DNA of 64,000 bases from a virus: positions 1-64,000 of IMG/VR virus record IMGVR_UViG_3300048583_000100. One strand, written 5' to 3'. The translations under genes and the position numbers were made by a program. Every line of letters starts with the position of its first letter. Positions within the stretch are counted from its first letter, which is position 1. Shown here in pieces: positions 1 to 9,328 of the stretch. Below the pieces are notes generated by a model. The model had not been told where the DNA came from and ran no database searches. It saw nothing but the letters and a program-made list of their open reading frames with translations.

Positions 1-95
1 TTACCATCTTCGACAATGATCGACTCGATGCCGCCGATAGCGCAAGTGGAAAGGATGCTGCTGAGATTCGAGATGTCTTCGTTAGTGAGCTTCAT
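1..95 (-). CDS. 5' part of a gene running off the window, possibly a gp45-like sliding clamp
   Basis: ATG at 95 overlaps the upstream stop; reads MKLTNEDISNLSSILSTCAIGGIESIIVEDG; downstream of the DNA polymerase. Product call is weak. Confidence 0.3.
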   Translation of the reverse strand, partial: MKLTNEDISNLSSILSTCAIGGIESIIVEDG

Positions 96-328
96 TAGTT
101 TTGTCCGTTTGAGTTCTTTATGATGTTGATCATGTACGTAGCTTCTTCTTCTGGATGACCGGCCATGACAAGTAGCTGCATCATCTCCATCTCTATGAGT
201 TGACGTTCAGTGAACTCAACCCATTTGGAACCGTCAAACACCGAAATGGTTTTGCTCTTGAGGTCTATCCACGCATTACCAGCTACTGGATTTGGTGGTG
301 GTGATGTCGGGTATGTCAGTCTTTCCAT
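95..328 (-). CDS. small hypothetical protein with tail-fibre-like PxxGxxWxD...FDGxxW motif
   Basis: Start/stop overlaps with both neighbours; motif PVAGNAWID..SVFDGSKW. Confidence 0.6.
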   Translation of the reverse strand: MERLTYPTSPPPNPVAGNAWIDLKSKTISVFDGSKWVEFTERQLIEMEMMQLLVMAGHPEEEATYMINIIKNSNGQN

Positions 329-3033
329 CAGAATTCCAAAATGCTGTTAGTGAGTACCGACTGAGGCGAGGGAACATCCTTACCTAGCGCAGAGAAGATA
401 CCCGAAAGCTTGCTGTCGAACATTGAATCTTCGGTCTTCTTGACATCGACTGCAAAGTTCTCTTCGAACCACTTAGGGAAGCGAACCATTTCAGATGGGA
501 AAGCAATGGTCAAGAACTTGAACTGGTTTGGCTTGAGGTGGTAAATGAGAACCTTGTCGCCAGAGCGGATTGTCTTTGCGCCCTTCTCGAAGTGATCGAG
601 CAAGAAGTTGTAGTTGCAGGATGCGCGAGCATGTCCAGGAATGGTGAGCTTGTTACCTGACTCATTGCGTATCGTGCCAGGACGGAGATACTCCGCCGTG
701 TACTTGTCAAGGTTATTTACCTGCTTAGCAACCCCCAAAGAGAAGAGGTTGATCTTCTTCTTCAGGATTTCCCTGCGCTGTTCGTTGACGAACGTAGCAA
801 CAGTATCGTAATCTACGCCATCAAGAATCATGTCGACGGTAGACTTGAGGAACTTCTGAATGATCTTAGGGGTGTCGGCCTTCTTGATTTCCGATCCCTG
901 AGACTTCATCTTGTCGACGGCGAAACCTTCGAGGTCAACGACCTTGATCATGTACTTCTTCTTGGCCTGGAATAGACCGCGTACACCAACAATTTCACGA
1001 CCAGCTTCAATGAAGGTATCGAAGCCAGGCTGGCATAGGAAAGCTTCACGCATGAATTCTGGGAACGATGCGTTCACCGCTTCAGCTGCCTCGTCGGCAA
1101 TTTTGATTGCGCTTTCCTTGTCCGTTGCGCCAATGCACTTGTAGTAGCAGGAGTCAGTGTCGCCGTAGATGATAGCTTCAGATGCGCTCGTGTAGTTGTG
1201 AACTGGCTTGCCCTCTTCATCCGTCGTTGTCGTCTTAACGAGAGGAGTACGAATGCCAGTGAGCTTCTCTGCCATGGACTCGATCATGTGGGTCGTGATG
1301 CCGCGGCCGCTGGCAGTAACGGAAGCACCCATGCGCTCATCACCGAATCGGAATGCGACGTTGAGGAGTGCACCGTAAAGCGAGTTCATGGAGATTTTCT
1401 TGGTGAGCTGCAGAAGATCGTAATGGTCTTCGAGGACCTTGTACTCTGCCTTCTTGACCGGGTCTTTCTCATCCTTACCAAGTTTGGCGTACTTCTTCTT
1501 TTCGCCCTGAAGACGCTTACGCTCTGCATACCAGAAGCCGAGGATGTCAGCAACAACACCACGTGGACCAGACTGGTTGAAGACCGTTCCGTAGGCAGAC
1601 ACTGCCCACTTAGAAGCAAGCAGCAGTTCTTTCCATTCGGCAGCAGTGGTAACTTCCTGACTGCCATTGTCGAACATGAGGACATGTCGATTTTGGTTGC
1701 CTTCACGAATGTCAGCCCATGCTTTCTCACCGTTGGCAAACTGCCCAACGATCATTTCGGGTGACATGTTCAGAGAGCGAATGGTGTTCGGGTACAGGGA
1801 CTTGATGTCCACTGCTGCTACCCAATCATGCATGCCAATCCATGGCGTCATGACGATAGCACCCTCAACCTTATCGTGCTCCTTGATGTTCTTGTCGTGA
1901 ACGATCAGGCCAAGTTTGTTGTGTGCGTGGTTGGTAATACCGGTTTCTACGTACGAAACCGTGCCAAGCACGGCGTCAAACATTACCGTATTTTCATGGG
2001 CCATCTGATTTGCGAGGGCCATGAAGTTGAACTTGTCGTCTAGCTGAACAAGACCGTCGACGTCGCGGAAGTTGTATGCCGTGAACGTGGCGAAGTCATT
2101 GTTGTAGAGTTCTTCCAGAGTACCATCGTACTCAAGCTTACCAACGCCGACCTCTTCCTCGAGGATGTTGCCGAGAGAATAAGACGTGCGACCTTCGAAG
2201 GTGAACTTCTTGAAGAGGCGCATGTAGTCGAGGTGAGTACGACCAGTGAAGCGGTAGACTGGTTCCTCTGTACCGAAGCGTGAGACCATTTCCTTCTTAG
2301 GCAGTCTGACGCCGAGATGATCAAGCTTAGCAAGCATGCGCTCGCCACCAGCAAGTAGCAGGCGTTCGCAGATGTACGGGATGTCGTAAAATTCTGAGTT
2401 CCAGCCAGACAGAATGTCCGCATCGCCAACCCACTTGAGCATCAGAGTTAGTAGCTCTAGCTCGTCAGAGCAGATGGTGATTTCTGGAATGCGCTCTTCG
2501 CGAAGAAGCTTCTCGCTGATGAGCATGTCCATCTTGTCATAGAGGTCCTTCTTGGTGCCCTTCCAACCCTTAGGAGGAATGACCGCAGTGAGATACTTCT
2601 TAGACCAAGATTGGTAGACCGTGACCGCGTTGATCACAGCATAGGGATTTGTAGGACCAGCGAAACCGATTTTGCGCGAGTAGTCAACCTCGATGTCTAG
2701 GAAGGCCGTGTTGACAATCGGAGTCGGACGATCGTAGTAATAGTCCATGAGGACGCGCTTGAGCGGCGGAATATCCGACTCAAACTTTACTGGGAAATGA
2801 CGCTTGGCATACTCAAATGCTTCGCGCGAATCAAATTCTGCACGCACCAAACTATCGCCAAAGATAGAAGTGTAATCACCCTTCTCACCTTCTTCAGCGG
2901 GAACGTAGAAGTAGTACGGAGGATTGTAGCGCTTCCTGAAAAGCGAACCCTGCTTGTCGCGCTCGAGGACAATGATCTTGTCCGCGTCGTAATCAACCCA
3001 CGCTGCTACGTAATTTCTATCTTGATCTGTCAT
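328..3033 (-). CDS. family B DNA polymerase (T4 gp43-like)
   Basis: Exo motifs LDIEV, GWNSEFYD, YNFRDV; polymerase motifs DIKSLYP, KKISMNSLYG, YGDTDS. Confidence 0.97.
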   Translation of the reverse strand: MTDQDRNYVAAWVDYDADKIIVLERDKQGSLFRKRYNPPYYFYVPAEEGEKGDYTSIFGDSLVRAEFDSREAFEYAKRHFPVKFESDIPPLKRVLMDYYYDRPTPIVNTAFLDIEVDYSRKIGFAGPTNPYAVINAVTVYQSWSKKYLTAVIPPKGWKGTKKDLYDKMDMLISEKLLREERIPEITICSDELELLTLMLKWVGDADILSGWNSEFYDIPYICERLLLAGGERMLAKLDHLGVRLPKKEMVSRFGTEEPVYRFTGRTHLDYMRLFKKFTFEGRTSYSLGNILEEEVGVGKLEYDGTLEELYNNDFATFTAYNFRDVDGLVQLDDKFNFMALANQMAHENTVMFDAVLGTVSYVETGITNHAHNKLGLIVHDKNIKEHDKVEGAIVMTPWIGMHDWVAAVDIKSLYPNTIRSLNMSPEMIVGQFANGEKAWADIREGNQNRHVLMFDNGSQEVTTAAEWKELLLASKWAVSAYGTVFNQSGPRGVVADILGFWYAERKRLQGEKKKYAKLGKDEKDPVKKAEYKVLEDHYDLLQLTKKISMNSLYGALLNVAFRFGDERMGASVTASGRGITTHMIESMAEKLTGIRTPLVKTTTTDEEGKPVHNYTSASEAIIYGDTDSCYYKCIGATDKESAIKIADEAAEAVNASFPEFMREAFLCQPGFDTFIEAGREIVGVRGLFQAKKKYMIKVVDLEGFAVDKMKSQGSEIKKADTPKIIQKFLKSTVDMILDGVDYDTVATFVNEQRREILKKKINLFSLGVAKQVNNLDKYTAEYLRPGTIRNESGNKLTIPGHARASCNYNFLLDHFEKGAKTIRSGDKVLIYHLKPNQFKFLTIAFPSEMVRFPKWFEENFAVDVKKTEDSMFDSKLSGIFSALGKDVPSPQSVLTNSILEF

Positions 3034-3108
3034 TCAATTTCCTCGCTAAGCTGTGGGGATGGTATTTAACCATCCCCAATTCAGCATAAACCCAGATGGG
3101 AGCGGGGA

Positions 3109-3423
3109 TTACTCGTCCTTGCCAGCCTGCATGAGGGTGTCAAGAGCGCACTCAAGCTGCTCCAGCTCTTCACGCTTCTGTTCGAAGTTGTTGTTGAAGA
3201 ACAGTGAGACTAGGGTGTTGAACATCTTCGGCTGAATGTTGAGCTCTTCAACAGCAGAGTCGCGGAGACCCTTGATTGATTCGTTCTCATCGAGAATCTT
3301 GGTCTTGCAGCGGACCACTTCGTCGATGTAGGTCTGAAGCTTTGCGCGCTTCGCAGTCACACGGAGGATGTCGTTGATGTCGTCAAACGCCTTCGGTGCA
3401 GCCTTAGTCATGCCTTTTGCCAT
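3109..3423 (-). CDS. T4 DsbA-like double-stranded DNA-binding protein
   Basis: Helical pattern KLQTYIDEVV..IKGLRDSAVEELNIQPKMFNTLV; SD (TAGGAG) before ATG 3423; early promoter upstream. Confidence 0.65.
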   Translation of the reverse strand: MAKGMTKAAPKAFDDINDILRVTAKRAKLQTYIDEVVRCKTKILDENESIKGLRDSAVEELNIQPKMFNTLVSLFFNNNFEQKREELEQLECALDTLMQAGKDE

Positions 3424-3471
3424 GGTGAATCTCCTATCTGATGGGTGTATGATGTGATGTACTGAAGTTCT

Positions 3472-3501
3472 ATTGTACATCTTACGGTGACGCAAGTAAA
3501 C
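3472..3501 (-). promoter_or_regulatory. early-type promoter GTTTAC-N18-TACAAT
   Basis: Matches the motif recurring about 12 times in the window; T4 early -35 is GTTTAC. Confidence 0.7.
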
Positions 3502-3512
3502 GTTGTTCAGCC

Positions 3513-3923
3513 TTAAGCCTGAAACGCTACCTGGATTTCGTGGTCTGAAGTGATCTGACCTAGGACGTGGTACGTTAGCTGCGAGCTCTTGAGCTTTTCT
3601 GAATCAGCCACGTAGGCTCTTACGAGAGTGAATTTGTCCCAGGACGCCAAGTCGGCATGCTTCTTTCCTGAGTCATCCATCATTGGATTTGGCTTGCTCA
3701 CAATGACGTGACTCTTCTTTGCAGCCTTTGCTTCTGCGCGGGACAGGTAGGTCATGACTCCATTCAATCCTTCCTGGCACTCGGCGTAGGTATTGAAAGG
3801 CTTGGAGTAAATCACCATCTCCTCCAAGCGATCAAAAGTTTCGCCAAGTTTGGAGGACTTTAAGAAGCAGGCGCCCGTACCGATCCTTACTTCGTACTTG
3901 AATTTTACTAGCGAGTGTTCCAT
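3513..3923 (-). CDS. hypothetical protein, possible YegP/DUF1508-like motif
   Basis: VIYSKPFNTYAECQEGLNGV; coupled to upstream ORF. Confidence 0.6.
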   Translation of the reverse strand: MEHSLVKFKYEVRIGTGACFLKSSKLGETFDRLEEMVIYSKPFNTYAECQEGLNGVMTYLSRAEAKAAKKSHVIVSKPNPMMDDSGKKHADLASWDKFTLVRAYVADSEKLKSSQLTYHVLGQITSDHEIQVAFQA

Positions 3924-4459
3924 TAGTGCACTCTCGATGTCTTGTTCTCGCGATGATCAGCGAACATGTTCTTTCCGGCCGCATCCTCTATGCCCTTCTC
4001 TCGAACATAGAACGTAGGGTCAACGACTACACGACCGACGGTCTTAGCTTCACCCTTGGAAACAGTCCAACGGAAGGTAACGAAGTCGCCCGTCATGTCA
4101 AAGAACTGCGTTATGGCGGTTGGAAGCTGACCTTTTGCTTTATGTACTTCCTGGTTCTCTTCAATGAATTCGTCGATCGCAGCTTTTTCTTGTAGCTGCT
4201 CTTCCGTCAATTTGATCGGAGGTAGAGAAGGATAGAAGTCTGGATTGAAGTCACGTAGCTCTTCAGGCGAATCGCCCAACACGTCCTTGAAGTAGTCCAT
4301 TACGACAGCGAGCCCAGCGTGGGCTTCAAAATCAGTTGGATACGTTTCGGATGCTAGGACGATCTTTGAAATCCCGTTATCACCGGGGATTAGCGCCTTT
4401 ATGCTTTCGCCTTCAACCTCAACCAGATACATGCTTGGAAGAAGTTTATCTCGAATCAT
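3923..4459 (-). CDS. hypothetical protein, distant paralog of 3513-3923
   Basis: IVLASETYPTDFEAHAGLAVV; ATGA overlap with upstream gene. Confidence 0.6.
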   Translation of the reverse strand: MIRDKLLPSMYLVEVEGESIKALIPGDNGISKIVLASETYPTDFEAHAGLAVVMDYFKDVLGDSPEELRDFNPDFYPSLPPIKLTEEQLQEKAAIDEFIEENQEVHKAKGQLPTAITQFFDMTGDFVTFRWTVSKGEAKTVGRVVVDPTFYVREKGIEDAAGKNMFADHRENKTSRVH

Positions 4460-5607
4460 ACTGGTCCTATGATCTTATTTGCTTTGGGTTTGGTTTCAAG
4501 AGCTTCGCTTGCCGCACGATCGTTAGACGGGAAAGTGTCAACGACAATGTAGGAATTATCTGGAGCCGGTGACCCACCGCCAATCAACTGGAACGGTGGG
4601 CTGACATCTCCAATTGCGTCAGCGACTGCGTAGAGTTCGGTAAACGTTGTGGAAATTGAGCGCATCAAGAAACCATCAGCGAGTGGAGCGGCGTCAACGT
4701 ACAAGTTGAGGTACCTATCAGTGTTGTCATGTGGCGAGGATGACAAGAAGAATCGAACATCTTGGAAGCTATGAACTGTGGGAACAATTACGGCTGCAGT
4801 CTGAACGTTGATGATGCTGTCGAGCTGATACTGCGCTTCAGACGAGATGCTTCCCGTTGTGTTCGCTGTGAATAGCCACCATCTGCGGTCTGCAATGCCA
4901 GTGGTCTTGTCGTATTCCTGCAGCCAGCGAATGTTACCCCATGCACCACCGGAAATGGTAGATGTTGCGGCAGCATTCTTCGTTAGCGTGATGTCGACCA
5001 GAGTCGTAGGAGCAGAACCAAACACAGACACGGCGGTACGCACGCCAATTGCTAGAGGCGTGGTGAACGTGATGATGTTAGGAGTGGCGACATAGTCGAC
5101 ATCCTGGTTCTTGATGATGCCGTCTACGATTACCTGCACACGCCCAGCATCAATTGCCGTTTGATCGAAGCGAAGGTTCTTACCGTTGGAATCACGACCA
5201 GAGATTACGTTGTCTTGAATCTGCTGGACAAAAACGTACTCAGTAAATGGCACGTCGGCAGTCAAGCGCTGCTTCATCTGAAGACGGATGTCTTGAATGC
5301 CCGCAGCTTCGATGTCGCTGATGAGCAAGCCGAGAGTGATTGCGCCGCTCTCAGAGTTTGAGAGCTGCTCAAACTGCTGTGCTTGAGGCGCAGGCGCGAA
5401 GGACAATTTCTGTCCTCGCGCGTACCAATCGGTTAGTCCAGCTACAGGAGCGGTTGCTGTTGGAAGTAGGGCTTCACCGATTTTGTAAAGGGTACCGCTA
5501 CACCCCTTAGTGATGATGCATTGCGCTGGTAGAGCGCGCAGATTATCCTGCGCGATGTCTTTATTCCGGCGGCAGATCGAGCACTGGTACGTTACGTACG
5601 TCGTCAT
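4456..5607 (-). CDS. putative virion structural protein
   Basis: Thr/Ala/Gly-rich beta-type sequence, VIVDGIIKNQDVDY..ITFTTP motif, N-terminal Cys cluster. Confidence 0.55.
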   Translation of the reverse strand: MTTYVTYQCSICRRNKDIAQDNLRALPAQCIITKGCSGTLYKIGEALLPTATAPVAGLTDWYARGQKLSFAPAPQAQQFEQLSNSESGAITLGLLISDIEAAGIQDIRLQMKQRLTADVPFTEYVFVQQIQDNVISGRDSNGKNLRFDQTAIDAGRVQVIVDGIIKNQDVDYVATPNIITFTTPLAIGVRTAVSVFGSAPTTLVDITLTKNAAATSTISGGAWGNIRWLQEYDKTTGIADRRWWLFTANTTGSISSEAQYQLDSIINVQTAAVIVPTVHSFQDVRFFLSSSPHDNTDRYLNLYVDAAPLADGFLMRSISTTFTELYAVADAIGDVSPPFQLIGGGSPAPDNSYIVVDTFPSNDRAASEALETKPKANKIIGPV

Positions 5608-5860
5608 TTTGGGTCTTCTTCTTCACTCTGTAATTGCGCAGGACGAGTCCGACGTCAGTACACTGGTAGGCTTCACCATTCTGGTAGTTCGCAACAGACA
5701 CGCACTGCCCATCAGAATTGAAGTCGACTTCAGGGAGCTGAAGGTACTCGTTAATCCTGATATTTATGATGACGATGGCGGCTGCAACAACACCTGTCAG
5801 GACTGCCATGGTGAGCAGCTGGAAGGTGGTGACCTGAAAATACTTCTTGGTGAAAGTCAT
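5561..5860 (-). CDS. membrane-anchored hypothetical protein
   Basis: Hydrophobic segment LLTMAVLTGVVAAAIVII followed by a Cys-containing domain. Confidence 0.55.
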   Translation of the reverse strand: MTFTKKYFQVTTFQLLTMAVLTGVVAAAIVIINIRINEYLQLPEVDFNSDGQCVSVANYQNGEAYQCTDVGLVLRNYRVKKKTQNDDVRNVPVLDLPPE

Positions 5861-5864
5861 CGTG

Positions 5865-6056
5865 TTAGTCCTCTTTGGTTTGTACAACGAACAGCATTGA
5901 AGGGTCAACCCACTTCTTCCAATCGAAAGAGGGGTCAACGGGTTCGATTTCAACGAGTGTCAGCTTTCTGGTGTTGTTTGGGGTTGTGCGGATTTCGCGG
6001 ATGGCCTCGCGACCAGTCCGCTTCACCTCAGTCCCGTCGTAAACGTAGCTGGTCAT
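5865..6056 (-). CDS. hypothetical protein
   Basis: Operon-packed ORF. Confidence 0.6.
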   Translation of the reverse strand: MTSYVYDGTEVKRTGREAIREIRTTPNNTRKLTLVEIEPVDPSFDWKKWVDPSMLFVVQTKED

Positions 6057-6697
6057 CAGGCCGTCAAGCCAAGCTGCACGAGACCCTGAACGACCTGGCA
6101 GGTCTGGAGCGTCTGCTCAGCATCCTGGAGAGCATTGTGATCGCCTCGCTGCTCGAAGCCGATTTTGTCGAAGAGCAGATCGGACTTGTAGAGACCGAAG
6201 GTGATGAAGCCGAGTGCAGACGTGTCAAGCACGACGTGATGCAGCTGAATCTGCGTGAACTCTGGGTGCTTCTTCTCGACGCTGAATTCGAATTCGACGG
6301 AGGCGAGCAGCTGATCCGTGAAGCGAATGTCGAACCCTGGATTGTGACCGAGGAACATGACCTTCGACTCTGGGCCGAAGTACTTGAGGATGAGCTCGAG
6401 CAGATCGGTCGCAGCTTCTTCCTGCGTTACACCGTGCTCTTCGAGATGCTCGATGGTGAGACCGTGAACCTTCTGCGCACCCTCAGTCCATTCCCACTTG
6501 TCAGGGTTGAACTTGACTTCGCGATAAAGCTTCTCGACGGGCTCGAAGGTTGCGGTGTCGAAGACGATTGCACCGAAGGCAATGCCCTGGTACTTGATGG
6601 AGCTGTCTCCACCCCAAGTCGCACCACTAGTTTCCCAGTCGATGCAAAGACCGTATTTCTGCGGTGGCTGATAGGGCTTCTTTTTGTTGTCGCTCAT
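6056..6697 (-). CDS. DEDDh 3'-5' exonuclease (DnaQ/RNase T-like)
   Basis: IDWETSG, GHNPGFD, HNALQDA; ATGA overlap supports start 6697. Confidence 0.88.
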   Translation of the reverse strand: MSDNKKKPYQPPQKYGLCIDWETSGATWGGDSSIKYQGIAFGAIVFDTATFEPVEKLYREVKFNPDKWEWTEGAQKVHGLTIEHLEEHGVTQEEAATDLLELILKYFGPESKVMFLGHNPGFDIRFTDQLLASVEFEFSVEKKHPEFTQIQLHHVVLDTSALGFITFGLYKSDLLFDKIGFEQRGDHNALQDAEQTLQTCQVVQGLVQLGLTA

Positions 6698-7305
6698 GAG
6701 TTTTCCTTTTTGACAGGTGATTCTATCGGAGTCATAAAATTGATGGCTGCTTCGATTCGCTCGTCGGCATCTGTGCTCCAAAATGTGTACCTCGGGATTT
6801 TCTCTGACACGAGAAAATCCTCGATACCATATTCGACGTAGTCTCGACTTTCTCTATCGGCTCGGTTTGGCTCGGCGACAAATGGCACGTTGGGATGCTG
6901 TCTAACAAATAGCACGATATCGTATCGCTCTGCCCACAGTTTGCACTTGGCGTAATACTCGCGGGTACGTTCGTCGGTGAGCCAGTTTACGCCAAGGCGC
7001 TCGCACCACATGCGAGTATATGCCCATAGGTCTGCGGGCGAACGCTCGACCATCGTCAGGCGTTTTTCAAACTCGATGAGGTAGTCGCGGTTGTTGAGGG
7101 CTGCCAGAATAGTGTTCTGAAGAGCCCACATGTTCTCGACTGAGTCTTGTGCTCGAGCAAGCGTATCCCAACCGAGGGCGGCTTGAGCTTGACGGGAAAG
7201 CTGTGTACGATCAACGTTAAAGCCGGCAGCTTCGACGCCGTTTAGAATGGTGCTCTTTCCGGTACCATGAGTACCGGAAAGGCCGATGATGAACTTAGTT
7301 GTCAT
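6694..7305 (-). CDS. P-loop nucleotide kinase-like protein (AAA_28/NadR-type)
   Basis: GLSGTHGTGKST Walker A; ERSPADLWAY. Confidence 0.75.
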   Translation of the reverse strand: MTTKFIIGLSGTHGTGKSTILNGVEAAGFNVDRTQLSRQAQAALGWDTLARAQDSVENMWALQNTILAALNNRDYLIEFEKRLTMVERSPADLWAYTRMWCERLGVNWLTDERTREYYAKCKLWAERYDIVLFVRQHPNVPFVAEPNRADRESRDYVEYGIEDFLVSEKIPRYTFWSTDADERIEAAINFMTPIESPVKKENS

Positions 7306-7308
7306 GGA

Positions 7309-7806
7309 TTACGAAGCCAGCCTGCAAGCCTTGAGCAGCTTGATGAGCTCGTAGTCACGATGACCAGGAGTGTAGTGGAACGTCACGCCATTTTCGTGGG
7401 TGAACGTGTAGATGTCAGCGTCTGCCTTGCGAGACATTTCGCGGTCGTACTGGGCATTGAAGACGAAGTCAGGCAGAACAACACCAACACACGTCTGCAG
7501 ACCACCGAGAGCATCTTCGCTTTCGAAGAAGCGAGCAAACGGCCAATGACCATTGCGCTCCAACAGAGCAGTAGCATCCATGATGCCACGATGATTGCCA
7601 CCGTTCAGGCTGATGTAGGTCTTGTGCTTCTCGGCCCACTCGCGAACCAGCTTGGTCTGGGCGTCCGTGTAGAAGTCGGTCTGCAGCAAACGCGCAGTCA
7701 GATCGATTGACGCATGACCGGTCTGGATGCCCTGCTGAATCGAGCTCAGGTAGAAGTTGATGAAGCAGTAGAAGCGCAGCTCAGGGATACGGCCGAAGTC
7801 GGTCAT
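7309..7806 (-). CDS. PTH2-like peptidyl-tRNA hydrolase fold protein
   Basis: IQQGIQTGHA, WAEKHKTYISLNGG, FFESEDALGGLQTCVGVV; start moved to 7806 because ATG 7836 overlaps the -10 box. Confidence 0.6.
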   Translation of the reverse strand: MTDFGRIPELRFYCFINFYLSSIQQGIQTGHASIDLTARLLQTDFYTDAQTKLVREWAEKHKTYISLNGGNHRGIMDATALLERNGHWPFARFFESEDALGGLQTCVGVVLPDFVFNAQYDREMSRKADADIYTFTHENGVTFHYTPGHRDYELIKLLKACRLAS

Positions 7807-7834
7807 AGAAGGGTCCAATGTCAATTCAGAGTTC

Positions 7835-7864
7835 ATTATAGCACATGACCTGTCAAAAGTAAAC
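7835..7864 (-). promoter_or_regulatory. early-type promoter GTTTAC-N18-TATAAT
   Basis: Motif match in intergenic gap. Confidence 0.75.
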
Positions 7865-7875
7865 TGAAGGTCTAA

Positions 7876-9231
7876 TCAGGTACGACCGATCAGCATGTAC
7901 CGATCATACTGATTGAACTTCCTGGTGCCTTCGTACAACACCTCATTGAGGGACAGAATATTCCTAAGCTCCGAAGAATTGTCTACGTTCGAGATGTGGC
8001 CTTCGCCTTCGAGGTAGTTGTTGTTCTGTACTACGAGGAATCTACCAGAAGGAATCATCTTACACCATGCGCCAATATCTTCGATGTGCTCTGACGAAGT
8101 GTTGATGATGATGTCGTAATCAGAATAATCTACAGCAAACATGTCTGCGGTAACCGTCTTGAAAGCGAAATCGTAGTTAAGCTTCTCTGCAATTCGATTT
8201 GCGCGTTCGTCAAGGTCCAAGCTGGTTATTTCGAATGGAAGTTCCCAGCTGTTCATGAGGAGAGAAAGAGTTCCAATCCAGCCACCAACGATCAGCACTC
8301 TGAATTTGTGATCGGGAAGTGTCTGTACTTTGCCCTCATTGATCAATCGCTTGAGCTCTTCGATCACCCACAGCTTACTGAGTAGCTGACCATCAGAGAT
8401 GGCGTCGCGAAGTTCGGTAACTGGCAGTTGCGCAAGTACGAACGGGTCGTAAAGCGAAGATGCGATACGAGAGGTAAAGAAGAGCTCATGCTTCATTGGG
8501 TTATTCTCTGATGGAGTTGGATCAGTGTTGAAGTCAATTTCGGGATACGTCTCAGCAAATAGTCTGTTCAGAAGATCGTGATCGTTGATGAACATCAGTC
8601 CATCTTTACTGGCATTCTGCTGCTTAGCTTCATAGAGTCCTCTGCGGGCTCCAGCTTCTACATGAGCTCTGAATTCGCAGCGACGAAGAGGTTCAGCCCA
8701 TGCAGATAGACGGGAGCGAGCTTCGTCGACTTCTTTTTTGGGGATGTCAGTGTTTTGAGTTGTCACGTAAAGCTTTGCTGCTTCTCTGAAGGCACCACGA
8801 TATGCTCTAAACGGATCAGAGTTGAATTTCGTGACACACGCAATTTCAGGCATCAACTTAATGCCCTTGGCGAGAGTAGTTGAGAAGTCGAGCTGCGTAG
8901 TTACGTTCGCGAAGAACTTCTTACTAAAGAGCTTGACGCCGCCGTAACCGTAATCCATACCAATGGCAGGATTGAATGCGTTCCAGATGTGGACGTACTC
9001 TGCTTCGTGTTCAGTCGGCTTGTATTCGAATTTGAATGTGTCGAGTATTTCCGCATCAGCATCTACTACGTAGAAAAATGTAGTGGACGCTTTCTTTGCG
9101 GCATCGATGTGAGCATTCGCAATGCCCTTTACGCCATGAACGCGCTTTGCATGTGGGAATCTTTTGCGCAGGTTCTGCCAATTGCGATCAGCGTTTGGCT
9201 CGTCGTATGAGATGAAGATAATGTCGAGCAT
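7876..9231 (-). CDS. glycosyltransferase-like (GT-A) domain fused to class I SAM methyltransferase
   Basis: N-term FISYDEP..VVDAD..GAFRE similar to 19026-20003; C-term VLIVGGWIG, SLDLD, IIINTSSEH. Confidence 0.75.
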   Translation of the reverse strand: MLDIIFISYDEPNADRNWQNLRKRFPHAKRVHGVKGIANAHIDAAKKASTTFFYVVDADAEILDTFKFEYKPTEHEAEYVHIWNAFNPAIGMDYGYGGVKLFSKKFFANVTTQLDFSTTLAKGIKLMPEIACVTKFNSDPFRAYRGAFREAAKLYVTTQNTDIPKKEVDEARSRLSAWAEPLRRCEFRAHVEAGARRGLYEAKQQNASKDGLMFINDHDLLNRLFAETYPEIDFNTDPTPSENNPMKHELFFTSRIASSLYDPFVLAQLPVTELRDAISDGQLLSKLWVIEELKRLINEGKVQTLPDHKFRVLIVGGWIGTLSLLMNSWELPFEITSLDLDERANRIAEKLNYDFAFKTVTADMFAVDYSDYDIIINTSSEHIEDIGAWCKMIPSGRFLVVQNNNYLEGEGHISNVDNSSELRNILSLNEVLYEGTRKFNQYDRYMLIGRT

Positions 9232-9256
9232 GGGGTTGATCTGATAGGTGATGCAG

Positions 9257-9263
9257 TATTTAT
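9257..9263 (-). promoter_or_regulatory. T4 late-type promoter (ATAAATA)
   Basis: Intergenic, about 25 nt upstream of ATG 9231. Confidence 0.6.
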
Positions 9264-9276
9264 CTTCTCCGGAACA

Positions 9277-9303
9277 AGGAAAAGGACCTGTTGCCAGGTC
9301 CTT
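9277..9303 (-). terminator. intrinsic terminator
   Basis: 9-bp stem AAGGACCTG/CAGGTCCTT with GCAA loop and short U-tract on - strand. Confidence 0.7.
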
Positions 9304-9328
9304 AATCTAGGCTCGCCCTACGGGCCAA

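Noticed and set aside
3063-3068. TAAATA upstream of the DNA polymerase as a late promoter
   Set aside because: Only a 6-mer match and unexpected timing for a polymerase; not called without TSS data.
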